Shown piece by piece: positions 25,564-40,194 of a DNA stretch of 64,000 nucleotides. The notes under the pieces were generated by a model, which was not told the origin of the DNA, did not search any database, and saw nothing but the letters and a program-made list of their open reading frames with translations. A program made the translations under genes and the position numbers. Numbering within the stretch: the stretch's first letter is position 1; the number at the start of each line of letters is the position of its first letter. Origin of the DNA: Octopus bimaculoides (lineage: Eukaryota); assembly GCF_001194135.2 (NCBI RefSeq), contig NC_068982.1, forward strand, positions 94,733,944-94,797,943, given 5' to 3'.

Positions 25564-25643
25564 GTGCTGACTAACCACAACGGTCTTTATGTAGTACGCG
25601 AGCTAACAATAAGTTGCTAGTCTCTGGTAACTTTTCTCGCTGG
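25564..25643 (+). other. Candidate 80-nt non-coding (UTR/lncRNA) exon
   Basis: atttcctcttaagtcagtttcAG|G ... CTGG|GTAAGT. Both sites are strong, and all three frames contain stops. Confidence 0.35.
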
Positions 25644-28600
25644 GTAAGTTTGTCCTGTTCACGACTGCATATTTTCCATAGAGTAAGTAATAGTATTAAT
25701 AATGATTTTTAAAAAAAGATAAAATAAAGTGTAAGTTTCGAGATATAATCCATCCGTTCTTTGGCTGTCTGCTCATTTCTTTATCGATTTGAGCACTCAT
25801 CAAGTGAAGTAATCGTTATTACAGTATTAAAATAAAGACAACGAAAGAGCCACACTCTACTTTACTTGCATAATTTAAATCGGTCTCTTTAGGTTCTGGT
25901 TTCTAATCATAAAGACAGATCAACTTTCTGCTTTGCTTTTCATTCCTCTCGGGTGGAAATAATATTGACATGCGAAATAAAGTATAGCATATAGAACGTA
26001 AATTAAATTACCACTACTCTCTACCTCGTTATTGGAAGTATTCCGACAACGAGTGAAAAATGAATCATTATAGCTTTTAAGTAAAACCAGATGTATTTAT
26101 TTTTTATGAAATTCATAGAAATAGCAGAAAATTAGTTGAAATTTGTAAAAGATTAAAAATGTATTTCTGAAGAAATTGGTGTCAAATATGAGGTCAACTC
26201 CATAAATCAACCATTCTGCTAGGTCTTTTTTCTATCTAATGGCAGTATTTTAATTTCAGTTTCTGGAAAGATTACCACTCAAATATATTTAATGCTATTT
26301 CATTGTTATTTTCCTCCAATACGTTATAATCAGATTCCTAGATTTTTTTTCTAAATACTATATTTGCACTTCTCTGTGCTTGACAGTTGAATTTAGCTGT
26401 AAAATTTCCATATTATTTCTTCGTTTTTGCTATTTATACATTCTTTAACTTATTTTGCTTTTAACGATTGGTTTAATAATGCATATCACAAGTGAATTTA
26501 ATTAACATCATCATTATCAGTATCACCATCTTCATTAGCAGCAATAGTATTTATCCTTGCCATCTTTGTCCTTCTACACATTTTTTAAAAATCTTTAAAA
26601 GTGTTTTGTAGAAAGTATTTTGTTTTCCTTTAATTTTTGTATTGTTTTCAGATTAGAAAACAAAATCCAAGAATATTATATTTCCAAATGCTTTTTTTAA
26701 ATCGTTGAATTCCTATTAAAAATGATTTTACTCATTTCTACTTTTTATTTTTTATTTCATTTACGTTTCTCAAGCAAAACATGAAAGTCATATTTATCCC
26801 AACTCAAAGAGACACATAATTTGTCGCAGCTATCACCGTATGTTACTAATGACGTCAAAGAGATTCATCAAATTTTATAATATTTTTATGAGAATTAGCG
26901 TCGTAATTTTAATAAAAGTCATCTGCAACTACAATTAACCCTGTATGGAATTCTCTAATTAATATTTACTATAGTGTCTCAAACTATCTATCATAAATTC
27001 TTTTTCTCTTACTTTAAACGAATTCCTATCAAGTAATATCTTATGTGTCGTGAAATCAAGTTTAGAAATACGAGATAAGGAAAATAACTTAAGCAGGTCG
27101 ATGATATAATAGTGTGGGTAAAAATATTCTTAATTAATTCAGATTATATTCTGAATTAAAAGAAAATAATAAACACCCATTTGTTTCCGATTCTCAAAGG
27201 AAATGGGAGATACTTTCTAGCAATGAAGTTTTAATACCTTGAAGTGAATTTACATAAATAGGGGTGAGGTTTTTTTCTAAGCAGGTGACACATTTTGATT
27301 TCTTAGATTTTATCAGCATAGTACGGTCTACACAAGCTTGCTCGATCAATTCACATAAATTTTATATAGAGAAAAAGGATTATGGATATATCTTGAATAA
27401 AATAGTTTGAATTTACAATTAGATAAAACACATTAGAAACGAAACAAAATTCTAATTATGCAATATACATACAGAGTTCAGTAATTTCCAATGGCTTAAT
27501 TGATCAGAGACTTACAAATCAATGTAATATATTCAGTGGCAATTCTTCATTGCTTGGACGAGATCTATTCTCATTTACGTTCATATTTTACATTGTATAA
27601 GCCTACCATTATATTTCTTTCCTGCTTCCCTTTATTGTATACATTAGCATTAATTGCTATCTATTACATCAGGTTTCTCGTACATTTGCTTTTGTTTTTT
27701 TACTGCATTAGGAAAATGTTCTTAGATTTTCTCTTCTAATTTAAGAGTTGAAGTTTATTTTGTATATTAGTATTGCGATGTAATATTTTATGTTTGGTTG
27801 TGATATTATTGGTAATTAATCATCTTCTGCTTCCATTTATTATTCTAAACATTGATAGCATATTTCGAACTCGTTCGTGCTTTTTGTTCATACATGATAA
27901 CCTGCTACATTTTGTCCTGCAATAATTAAACATAAAATTTTTTAAGTGAGTGAGTTTAATATATTTATATACGGCTCACAGTAGAATAAAGCTTCCACAC
28001 GTGGAGTGGTGCTGCAGCTATACTTGCAGTCACCATACGCCACATCCATAATAAGGCAACCGACTAGGAGTCAACAAATCTCCAGTACAATATAAACACA
28101 AGCCTACAACCATGTAATCGCTCGACTTTAGTTTTATTTTGTTACAGTACCTTCGATTGCCTCAGCTCATCAGATCCGGTTGCTTTCGTATCAATTTCCT
28201 ATTCATACTTCCAACTTACTTGCCCGTCATTTTCTCATTACCCATATTGTATCTACAATTCCAGGTCGTGCATCAATAGCCTCTAATGCCAGTCCTTTCT
28301 CCTTGAAAATCACTGCTACAGAATTCTTTCCCTGCCAAAGTTTTATCTTGCAGTAATCAACTTTCAATAGATCAAAAGGAACATTCGCCGTACGTGAATG
28401 TCTAAGGATTTTAATCTGCGACAGGCATAGCTCTTTTTTTCCCCAAAAATGTCAAGTATTTCAATAAACTAAAATTCAATGATTTCTTAAACAAAACATA
28501 TATAACATGCTTATATATTTCCCCCACCATTTTGTAATAAGAGTCGATTATTGTAATCCACCAAAATATGTTTGTATATTATTACAGCTGCTCTTCTCAC

Positions 28601-30425
28601 CTATATTTCTAATATTTTAACGTTTTCCTTTCATTACTTTGACCCTTCGTTGTTTCACATGAGTATGTATTATTTTAAGCATACTTTCAATTATATGCAT
28701 CACAATATATTTTGTTTTATTTTCTACATGATGTGAACTACATATTTAGAATTACATGCCATGATTTTACTATTTCAGAGCTAGTGTCAATGGACAAGGT
28801 ATGAACGTTATAATACTTCATTGCACTTTTCCTTAAAAAAGATGTACTCGAAGCAATTTGAAAAAAAAAAGCCTTTCGCCTTCTTTTTGTGCTTTCTTTC
28901 TTATGAGCTTTTCTTTCTTTTTGACAGCTATGGATGTGAAATGAATCGATTGATTGATCATGAATATGTTAATGTTGATATCTGCTTCCAGAAATTATTA
29001 CGATGCTCAAATCAGTGTTCGTTATTATAGTTCTTTTTCTTTTTTTTTTTTTTGAATTACGTTGGATCTTTATCTTTTGAAAGATATTTTTCGGCCCTAT
29101 TAATACAATATTCTGCTTTCTAAATATTTTCTTTTTATTCAATTTTATTTGTTAGTTGTTACTTTTCTTGTGTTACTGTACTTTTTATTTGCATTGATGT
29201 TTTTGCTTTTATATCCATTGCTTGTAGTTTTAGTCATGTTGTTTTCTTCTGCTCAGATATATTTCTTATTTGTTATATTTCTTTCACTCCATATTCATAA
29301 TTTCAATTTCATTGCATGAAATTTTGCCGCAGTTGCTGTTAATGTTATCTCTGTTCGTTTTGTGTTTCATAGTATCGTTTTCGAAATTTTATATTTCTAT
29401 TCTCTTAATAACTCATATTTTACAGCTAAATATTATATCTTTTCCATGCAAGAATGATGTCAAAGTCTGTATTAATTTTTCGAGGGGATGAACTATTCTT
29501 TAGAAATATAAATCTTTCTTGATAATATTCATCTTGGAAAAGTGTGTAACCTGAAAATATACATATTTTTCAGAGTGTAACTGTTTGAGTTTTCTCTTGA
29601 TATCACTGCTTTCATTGCTTTCTGATTCAGATCAAACAGCAATTTAAACAAATTTCCTGGTAAAGAATTGTTTATGTTGTAAACATTTATATCAAGAAGT
29701 CGTTCATTAAACATCTACGATATCGTGTTTTGCCGCCAAGTTTCTTGTTATTTAGTAGATTCAAATTTAAAGAACACCTTTAACCTTGAATGCTAATGCT
29801 TCCGTTTGTCTTCATCGACATATTTTCATTTTAGCAAAGCTAGCTTTTAGCTGACACTGTGCTTTGCTTAGTGTTTCTTTATTCATTCTTGCTGTTATTG
29901 TTTACCTCCAGTTCTCTCTTGATCCTGCAAAATAATGATCAAAGACATTCCAACCACAGACGTCTTTTTCTTTTTTTTTAATATTGCCCTATTTTTTAAA
30001 GTTTGAACGGTCTAATTAATAGAGAGATCTGACTTCTATATCTAGCTGGTTGTCCGACCATGTAAAAGCTCCATCATTGGCTTATATTGGTTTGTGTTTC
30101 CAGTTGGTTGTTGGTTAATAGCCAATGCAAATATTAGTAATTCTAATTTTCAAGTAGTTTAATGCAATAAATCCTAAAATATATTAAAAGCATGGTTACT
30201 TGTCCAAATCTTTACAAATAGTATTTTCGTTCTGTTCTTGTTGTCATATTTGTCCCCAACTTTAATGAACATTTTGCGGAACTTAAAGGTATTTCAGTAA
30301 CCATAACAGCATTATCAATTAGTCAATAGCTGGTGCAGTTTAATCGACGTTTTAAAGCACACCACGGAATATGTTGCCAAAATAAAGGAAATCAGTATGT
30401 TTGCTATTATTAATCATTTGATCGA

Positions 30426-31022
30426 ACGTGGCGAGCGGGCAGAATCGTTAGGCAATATGTGTTCCGGCCGTCTCTACGTTCTGAGTTTCAAATTCCGCCG
30501 AAGTTGACATTGCATTTCATCCTTTCAGTGTCGATAAATTAAATACCAGTGCAACCCTCCCCACAAAATTTCAGGCCTTGTACCTTTAGTGGGAAAGGAT
30601 TATTATTTGATCTGATAGAATTACTCGGACGTCAGCAAAATTAGTTGCAGTATTAATTCCGGGTTTTTCAATTCCATCCAGTCGAGGTCAACTTTGCACT
30701 TCAGTCTGTCTGGATCGATATGATATTGAACCAGTATAGTACTTAGTTCTATGTAATAGACTAGTCCTCTCTACCCCAAACTGCTGGTGTTGTGTTAAAA
30801 TTTGAAAGAACCACTGTTAGTATTGCCTCAGATAAAATGCTTAATGGTGTTTCTTTCGACTCTACGTTCTGAGTTCGAATGCCACGAAGGTTGATTTCGC
30901 CTTTAAGCCTTTCGTAGTTGATTAAATAAAGTACTAATCAATCGCAGCAGTTGATGCAATCGTCTTACTCCTGCCCCTAAAATTGATACCCATGTGCCAA
31001 AATTAGAAAGAAAACTATTATT
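30426..31022 (+). mobile_element. Three head-to-tail family A SINE copies (about 30426-30608, 30650-30820, 30825-31022)
   Basis: Repeated gcagaatcgtta (A box), ttctgagttcaaattcc/ttctgagttcgaatgcc (B box), gtcaactttgc, aaatttcaggccttgt and ATT-type tails. Confidence 0.82.
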
Positions 31023-32209
31023 GCTGGTGATGCTAGTTTACTAATCATAATTATATTGCAATATTTGCAATGCAAACCGAAGCGCAGTTTAATCTGCCTT
31101 CTGTACATGCAGTACGTTCGATATGTGTACATAGCATAATTCTACCACTTTCGGTATGTTTTGTACGTTCCGCGTGATTTAGATGCTTCTTATTTTAGTC
31201 TTTGCAGTCTGGTTAGCTGTATTTCGAAATTCTGATATTTGGATTATATTCCCATTCCTTTGGGGGATATACTAGCGACTGACTGGATTCATATTTCCAT
31301 TAGAAGATACGTCATTCACTGGAGACCCTTAATAATAATATCTGCTTGATTAAACTTGATCACCTTTATTTCGTGATGTTACATAATCATGACATGAATT
31401 CTCGTATATAAAATCGCCAACTCTATCATGCTTTTAAATACACTCTCTCTTATATAAAACTGGGTACATTTGACAATCTGGCCAAGCTTCTCCTTAGCAA
31501 ATTCAATCAACAATTATTCAATACATTACATTTTATGGTAGTTTCGTGTGCAAAGACTGGTGCTGATATCAATAACTTTCAGTTTCTTCTTTCATCCTAC
31601 ATAACATAGCCAGTACTGTGATTTATATTTGTCTATATCCACCCATTTACGTTTGTTTCAGTTATTAGCCATGTAGAGGCTTTTCCAGTCATAACTTTAG
31701 CGAGACATTCTGCAGTCTAATGATAAACTTGCTTTTCTTAGCCTCTTCAAATTTCTGTTAATATTTTCTTCCCTGTATCCTTTTTCCTTTCTCCTTAGTC
31801 TTGTCTGACGTTTCAGCCCCGCTTCTATTTTTTGGTGAGTGGGGAAGCTTAACAGTCAGAAAACATGCTTTTGAAATATCCGTACAAATTACCCACTTAG
31901 ATACATTTGTATTTCTACAGTGAGCAATTTACAAAAAAAATTCTATTAATTGTTGGTAGGTACACCGTATTTCATTGTGCAATTGTAGTATACTACCAAA
32001 CAAATCGAAGGTTTTATAAGTTAATGCTGTGTCCTGCCATGTTAGCAGTGCGCTTCAATCACATTTTTAACAAGTTATCTCGATAGACTTTCTATAGAAA
32101 TTAGAGAACTAGAAGTTCTGACCTTTCGTATAAGGAAACGTCAGTGTAAATAATATGATCGAAGGTAGACAAACAAGAAATTGGTATATATGCATATTTC
32201 GGGAGTTCT

Positions 32210-32915
32210 GCTAACACAGTAGGACAGGGTGTTGCCTTACAAAGCCTTTAATATACATGTAGTATATTATGGTTGCTTAACGAAATGCACTGACTTTACG
32301 AGCAATTATCACATACGTACCTGTTGCTTGGAATGATTTTAGTACGTAAAATTGGCATATGCATTTATGTTACGTCTCTAAGTTTAGTGGTTATTGAAGC
32401 AATATGTTCATGGATGGTTAATGAGTGGGATGTAATGCTGAAGACGGAGCAAGAAGTCCTGAAATATGCATATACACTCTTTACCTTATTTACCATCTTC
32501 GATCGTATTGTTTACACAGGCGTATTCGTATACGAAACGTCAAAACTCTCACTGCTGGTAATAATTTGTATAGAATATATGTTGAGATAACTTTAAGAAA
32601 ATTGATTGAATCGCACACTTAAAACAGTAGGACACCGCATTGAATAATAATATTTTTAATATACTTTGTAGTATATCATGGGTTCATAACGAAATAGAGT
32701 GTTCCTACAAGCATTTAAGCAAAATACAGTGTCCCTACAAACAATTGATATATAAGTAACTGTTGTCAGGAATGTGTTTAATATGCAACATTGGTATATC
32801 CGATTGCATTACACCATTAAACTTTAGTATCCAAAAAAAGCAATGTGTTATTGTATGATTAATGGGTTGAGTGTGGAAATGAAGAAGGAGCAAGAAATTC
32901 TGAAATACACACACA
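32210..32915 (+). repeat. Old about 0.4-kb direct tandem duplication
   Basis: Collinear anchors: acagtaggaca (about 32216 / 32624), gtagtatat.atgg..taacgaaat (about 32259 / 32668) and ggagcaagaa.t.ctgaaata (about 32446 / 32887). Confidence 0.7.
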
Positions 32916-35900
32916 CACAAATTTCCTATTTTCCCAGCTTCAATCGCATTGTTTACATAGACATATTGGTTTACGAAAAGTTGTAACTTTCAGTGCTGGC
33001 TCTAGTTGCTCTAGAAAATTTTCTAGATCCCCAATGCAGTTGTTAGTTTTCATGATTTTTGTTAGACTAATCTTAGCATTTTGAGACTATGACTATTACT
33101 TGTTAAAGTTGCAGTTATAGTATTCTCCAACAGCCTCAATGAGATATCTGTTACTACTTTATGTTTTGCCGTTAATTTGGTTTTATGTTTCTTTCATTTA
33201 TGTGTGTTGCAATTTCAAATGATTATTGGTCTCCATATTTGCAGTATATGTAATCGTGTAATCCGTTTCATGCCCGAGGTCTCTGGTTCTAATGGGATAC
33301 TTCAATGACTTTGTTACTTGGAAACATTTCAGAGAGCCCTTCAACACTAAAATATGAACTGACATTGCCCTCACACCCTCCGAGAAAACGTTAGATTGGA
33401 CCGCAACACAACCATCTTCCTGCGGCTGGATGCACCTCTCTTTGTCACCTCAAATATAGGAGCATTGTAGATCAGATATCACGAGGATCAAACTCATTAC
33501 TGTTTTTATATACTATTTAGGCTCAAGTGCACACGACTGTAGATTTGATTTTCTAGTTCTCTTTTTCGTTGTTTCTTAGTGTTTTTAGTTCTGTATTGTA
33601 TCTTATTGTTGCTTTTCCATTTGTAATATTAGGCTTTGATTTGGTCTCCTGTCTTCAAGATCGTTGCATTTTCTCATTCAATTTCCTTATCAATTACTTT
33701 AATAAATCTGTGTACTCTCTGCAGAAATTATATCTGAGTCTTGTCAGGCTTGAAGTATCAGATAACTTGTTAGCACTTTGCAGGAAAAGAGTGGAGCGCT
33801 TGAGACTCCCCTTGAAACATTATTCTTATCATAGGGATGGCTTTCATTTCAGTTATTCTCTGTTATAAAATTTAATGTATGCAGAAATATTTGCCATTTA
33901 CTAACAATGTGTTTAATGCATCTGTTTATTTTTCATGTTAGAATCCACTTTCAAAAGCCTTTCAACAGTCAATCCATATCGAGATAAAAACTTTCTTTCC
34001 TCTCGTACAGCATTGTTTTGTTATAGATTTCTTTATCTTCCAGCTTTCCTACACGTTTTCACTCCAGCATAATTATTATCATCTCTTTACGGACATATGA
34101 GCATTCTATTTTTTTGCTCTTCTAAAGTTAGGCTTATTTTCAGATACTCATTTACTAATTGTGATAAGGCATGAATATAAGAAAGCAGGTTGTGTGGGGG
34201 GAAATTTTTAGGTATTATCGTTTCTTTAGTCTTGGACCATGATGATTTTCCTCACAGTGAGCCAATTGCCACAAGATCAGTTAACATCTTTTGAGATATC
34301 TTTGCTAGCTTTTTATAGCTACGGATATGTGCTCCTGTGTTTGCGCGCGCGCCTGTGTGTATGTGTGTGTGCGTGCGTACGTGTCTGCGTATGCATATGT
34401 GCAGCACCGCCTTTTCTACTTTGGTTTGCCTGTAAAATCTACTTTTATTTGTTACGCTTTTTCTTTTCATTTATTACCCATTATGTTGTATACATTTGAA
34501 AAATCACATCGTTAGTTATTTATTTATAACAGATCAGTCTCTGATTCACTACATTTATAATGACAAAAATAACAATGGGTGTGAATGCATAATTTAGATC
34601 GAAAACCTGTGTTATATTTGTTTGGAAGTATTGTTTATAAGTTAGCTGGCTACTTTGTCGATATACATCGTCAAAAGATACATTCCCACTCATATACCTA
34701 TGTCTGTACGAGTGAACATATAGCATGTCGCTGTACAGTTTTCCCAATACCATGTATAGGGCTCGTACAACCTGCAGCTATAGCAGGAGACAATTTCATA
34801 TTATCTCGCTTTGGAATAGAACAGAGAACAATGACTTTTGAAGCCAATGACACAACGAAACAGATTGCCAATGACATAAGAAAACATGTTGCCAACGTCA
34901 TTTTAGTATTTCGTACGATTTCTGTGCGTTCGTGTACGCAGTTGCATGTGTTGTGAAGAAATTGTATTGCGTGAATCTTGCTATTAAATAGTCTCTTATG
35001 TTGAACTACAAGTGTGCATATGAAGGCCGTTCAATGAACTTTCTTAAAGTAGTAAATCTTATGTGCTTAATGTTTTTCCTTCTTCTTCTCAATCATCATT
35101 ATCAATCTCACCATCATTATTATCATCGTCATCATCATCATAAACATCATCATTAATGCTTCGATTATCTTGCTACTGAAGTTTTTTAAAAAATTTATTT
35201 ATTTATTTATTTGCACACTGTTTAAACTGCCTTTTTCCCTTTCAATGTATATTTTGATAGGATTTTAACTTCTTTCAGTACCATATGGTGGTCACAATGT
35301 AAAGAGATATCCTTTAGAATCCACAGGTTCTACTTTATTAGTGTTATTTTGACCGTTTGAGATGATCATTTTCTCAATACAGTCAAGTATGCTCCAGGTT
35401 ATTGTAGCCAGATTGTTGTTGTAATATAGCCATTTTGGTTCATGTTTATACCGCTGTTTCTACGCGATAACTAATAATTGAAGCACACCTGCCAAGTCAG
35501 TTATGTCTTTGTATATATTATACATCTTTTCTATAGCATACTGCATTTTTTAAAATTGATATTACATTCTCGTTTCGTTATTTTGATTTTATAGATTATT
35601 TTGTTGCACTTAATCATGTGCAGCTAAAATCAAACATTTCAAATATTGTTGACTTTTACGGGTGTTTAATTTCTCTGCATCGATATTGAAAAATAGTGTC
35701 CATAGAGTGGATTTTAATCTTTCTGTTTTTTCATTAAAGGTATTTATTTGTTCCTTTCCTATTTTCATTTTGCGTAGCATTTTTCTTTTTGCTTTTGGAA
35801 ATCATTGCTTCTAGTAGGCATTGTATTATTTCTTTTAGTTTAGAGAATGTTGTTGTTTATGATCCATCACCACGCTGATTAATTTCTGTGTTTTGCTCGA

Positions 35901-37949
35901 ACCTAGTTACATTTCCATTTGATATGTCAATCTCGTTTTACTATGTGCAGTAAGTATAGTCTGTCTAAATGACTTCGAAGCAATTTCAATAGTGTTTTTC
36001 AGATCTCTAGTCAAAATTTCTCAATCCATGTAACTTTAAACTTATTATAGTACAGCTGAAAATGATTAGGATCACTTGCGTATTTATACGTATTATCTTA
36101 TTTTTATTATTCGGTTCCCTTGGTAATATTTTCACCACTGAGTAGATTAGAATATTCAGCTAATTAATATTTGGTTGTGATTTTACAGAATTTCTTCAAA
36201 GCCTCATATTTTGCTCTTCTTAAGTAGAACACTCAAGCAGAGATTTCCCTTGATGCTTATGCATATATATATATAGCTATATTCGCTTTATCTTCAACTT
36301 TCCCACTAATATATATTTTCCTCGATGTTTACGTTAGTTATTCTGTTGCGATATGTGATATTATTTTGTTTGTAATTAAGTGCATTTTCGGGGATGTATT
36401 TTTGTACTGGATATTTCTATTGTTTATTTTTCATAGGAAGTGTTGTGAACTTCATAATTTATTTTAAACTTATTCATTTATTGTTATTATTACGTTGTAC
36501 TAGCGTATTTTCTTAGTGTGTGATGGATCCTGTTATATTTTCAAGGTATTTTGAGGATTAAATTAAATGAGGGTAATTGTTGTGGGTTTTTTTTTTTTTG
36601 CTTCTGGTGAGCATTGTGTGAAAACTTCTACTGTGATGCTTTCATTGGTTGATATTAGCTTCTCAGCTTTTGTGTGGTAGCTTATATTTTGTGAGTGGGT
36701 GGAGAAGTGTTGTTTACTCTTTTACATCCTCTGTGGAACAATTGTATAGTTTCTTCTGTTTCTGTTTCAAGGAACTTATTGCTTATCACGAACCTCTTTA
36801 CACACGTTAGTATGTATTCATTTTTGTTTTACTTTAATGTTTTTCTCCACGATTAGCATATTTCTTTTATGCTACCCATGCATGTTTGATGTAGTAACGT
36901 TTTATCATAAGCATTGCACATTTATACTGCACATATATGTTCTATATAATAATATACCGAACATAAGAAGCATGCAGTACTTTAATGCACTTTTCTTTGT
37001 TCCATAGTTTCTTGTAGTTATCGTTTTATTTAGTAATCGCAGTTGAAGTCTAGGTTTTGGGTGAGGTGAGATAACATTTCATGAAAACACCACTTAGGCA
37101 GCAATCGCTACATTTACGTCAGTTGGTGTTCGAATTAAACACACAAACAACATATATCATACATACTAAACCAGCGTTTATAGCTTTATTGCTGATTGAT
37201 TCACTAATGGATGCAGTCGGTATGTTTTTACTCATTTATTCTTTAAAAATAACACTGGAATTATTTTCAGATCTTCCATTCGTGTTTTAGTTACTGTAGA
37301 TTATTTAATCGACATAACTTGTGCATAATATACTTACAGACACACATTAATCATCCATGATATCTTTTTTAGTGACGCTGATGTATTTATGTCTGACGGC
37401 GCGCTATATTTATGTCACATCTATTTCAATATTCAATCCTGAACGGTTTACTTAGATATCGTTATCAATGTCGACAAGCGTGCTTCAGGTTGTTATGGAC
37501 AAGTCGTTATCCTGTGCCCTAGTTGCTATATGTACTAATTTCTTATAAGATTTTACGCGGAAGTGTAGGGATCAGTCTAGTCACTATAGCTTTGTGTCTG
37601 TGAATATGCTCGAACTTGACAAAGGTTGAGTCGCTCTTTTCATATGATCAATCAATCTCTATTTTCCTTATTTGATTTTTGTTGTTGTTTGTAGCTCGGT
37701 ATTGTCTTGAGCAATAAAAATCAAAACTTCTGTTTTTGCTTCTCTGCTTACTATATGGTGGCCACGAGGTAATTATTTCTCTTTGTATACTTTAGAATAC
37801 ATCAGTATACTTTAGAATTATGTTTTGTTTTTCTATTTACTGTCTATTAACCGTATCTACAGTTTTGTATACGAATAATCTTTCTCTTTGGTGTTGTCAC
37901 TTTCAGTAAAGTTTTAATGTCTTTTCGTATGAAGAGAAGATTTTATTCG

Positions 37950-38470
37950 GTGTTTTCTTATTCCATTATTTTTTCTTTGTTTCCTTTTTTAGTACTGCAC
38001 TAGTCCTAGTGTTCATATATTGTAGTAGATTTCTACTTTCATCAGAGCACACCCACTTTGTGTGCAGAAAAGTTATCAGCAAGTTATTTAATTGTGTTTA
38101 AAGTCTTTAATTCTTTTAGTTAATGATATCGGAGCAATAGCTGAAACTGAGACAGTATTTATTAACTATTACTTTTAATTTACTCCTTTTCTGAATGCTG
38201 TATTTTTCTCTTGTCAGTGTCATTAACTCCTAATTATTTGTGCATGGATTCTGTTCTAATTCTCTGATTTGGGTGTCTGTATCTAATTTAATTTTCTCAG
38301 TTTTAGTTAATCTTTCTCCTTTAGTAGCTTTGACATATTTGTCTCATCTCACACACAATTATATGTCTCGACTGAATTTACGAACAATATCAACTCTTCC
38401 AAAATCATTATTTTCAAGTCATCTAATTGGGATACATGACATATAGCTTGTCCGTAGAAGGTATAGGCTG
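37950..38470 (-). mobile_element. Old R4-type RT C-terminal fragment
   Basis: LDDLK..KYVKATKGERLTKTEKIKLDTDTQIRELEQ..LGVN aligns by eye with DDLKLY..KCAKATFKKRKLVKSSSIEFDVETVIKELEQ..LGIN of the 4.2-kb copy. Confidence 0.65.
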
Positions 38471-40194
38471 GTTTAAATGATTTTCTCTTTCCATTGTAGT
38501 TATATTGTAGTTCAATTAGTTTTACTCTGATATTGTAGTCTAATCATTTTTCTGCTTTGTGGAATTCTTGTTGGCATAGTTTGTTCGTATTTGTACTGCT
38601 TCACTTATTCGAAATCTTTACATAATATCCAACAGTTTTGTATTCTGTAAATACGTTTCGGTAATCAAAGATATGTTAATGCTTGTTTTCCTGTTTTACA
38701 CAAATATAATATCTTACTTCACCTTTATCTAATATGTATATCAATACATATCTTTCTGGTTTCCTTTCTGCATCTCTTTCTATGGTTCTCCAGGTGAGTT
38801 ACCAGCTAATCGTAAAGCATGGTTTTTAAGGTTTTTATATCTTTTGACAAACAAAGTAGAAGCCTATACATCAGAGTATTTCTGGTATTTTTAATATCAT
38901 ATTCCTCTCTACCACCCAGTTACGTGATGAATTTGGCTTTCTTTTATTGTTTATGTCCCTGTAAAATAGTTAATCATGGATATTTTGCTGATTTGTTTAG
39001 ATTTATTTTGATTTCAGAATTATGCTATTTTCTTTTTATAATTATTTTTGTTACTAGAGTTCTGTTTCCTTTGTATTTTGTATTCCGCATTCCGATAAAC
39101 AGGAATAGGTTATTTTTCCTCTTTATTTCTATATTTCCTACCTACATGTGGATGGAGTTCACAGATATCTGACTCTATTTAGAAAAAGTTCTGTTTTTGC
39201 TCGATTGCTATTCAACAGATTAGATCATTCAGTCTGTTAATATTCGGGTGCTTTGATACAAGAGAGAACTTCTTGCATAGCCATGTTACAATATTTATTT
39301 TTAGAGCTACCTGTGTGCCAGTAGCTCAGCTGGGGTTTACGTTGATCCTTGCAGGTCAATTTTATTAGGTAGTTTCTTATTTCCGTTGTTGTTTTTCTCT
39401 CCTCAATGTTCTCTAATTTTTACGCTATGATGTCTCTTTCTATGTTCTTTGTGAGATGTGGATCTGGGAGAATAATTCTGGTGAGCTGTTTATTTTAAGT
39501 ATTTCTTTGGATACTTGGTGTTCATGACAATTTGGATGTTAAGCTTTTCTATTTTTTCTGTTATAATGCAACTGTGTTTTTTCTATACTGCATTCTATAG
39601 CATTTGCATTGAGTTCTGAGGGCTCATATATTGCCCACGACGCATTTCTTTGTTGTTACACCTTCTCTGCTTGAAAGGACTTTGCCACTGTGTCAAGTAT
39701 TAATTATTTTCTTATCATGAACTCAAATATACGTACGCAACAAAATTTGCCAGACATCATAGCCTGATCAATAATAGTTTTATTCTTGATTGATTTACAC
39801 TGGATTTAGAAATTGGTTTCTAAATGAAGTAGATTTCATTTTTTATTCATTTCTTTCATTTTCTTCAAATGTTCATTCCGATTGTCACTCATGTGCTCGA
39901 CATGCAGAACTCCTTTTCTATAATTGCAGGGTACATCAACATACTGGTATGCCTCTTTAAATTTGCTTGCTTTTCTTTTTCTCTCTTTTTCTTTTGTAAA
40001 TTTTGGCTTGTTAATTGTTACTTATCCTGATGTCAAATTTAAGACTTTGCAGCAACCTATGTATACACACTCATGCTGACGTTCAAGTAAGATCAGAACT
40101 TAATTTTGCTATCTGCCTTACCACTCACCCATCGTGGTACGATAAAAATATCACCTGCCAATCACTGGAGTTGATATTATTAACTATCAGCCTG

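Noticed and set aside
28210-28450. 74-codon start-less minus frame (..KIKLWQGKNSVAVIFKEKG..)
   Set aside because: No acceptor site or recognisable homology; probably decayed TE or chance.
34585-34956. 123-aa plus-strand ORF
   Set aside because: No recognisable domain, AT-rich low-information N-terminal half, and no convincing splice or Kozak context.
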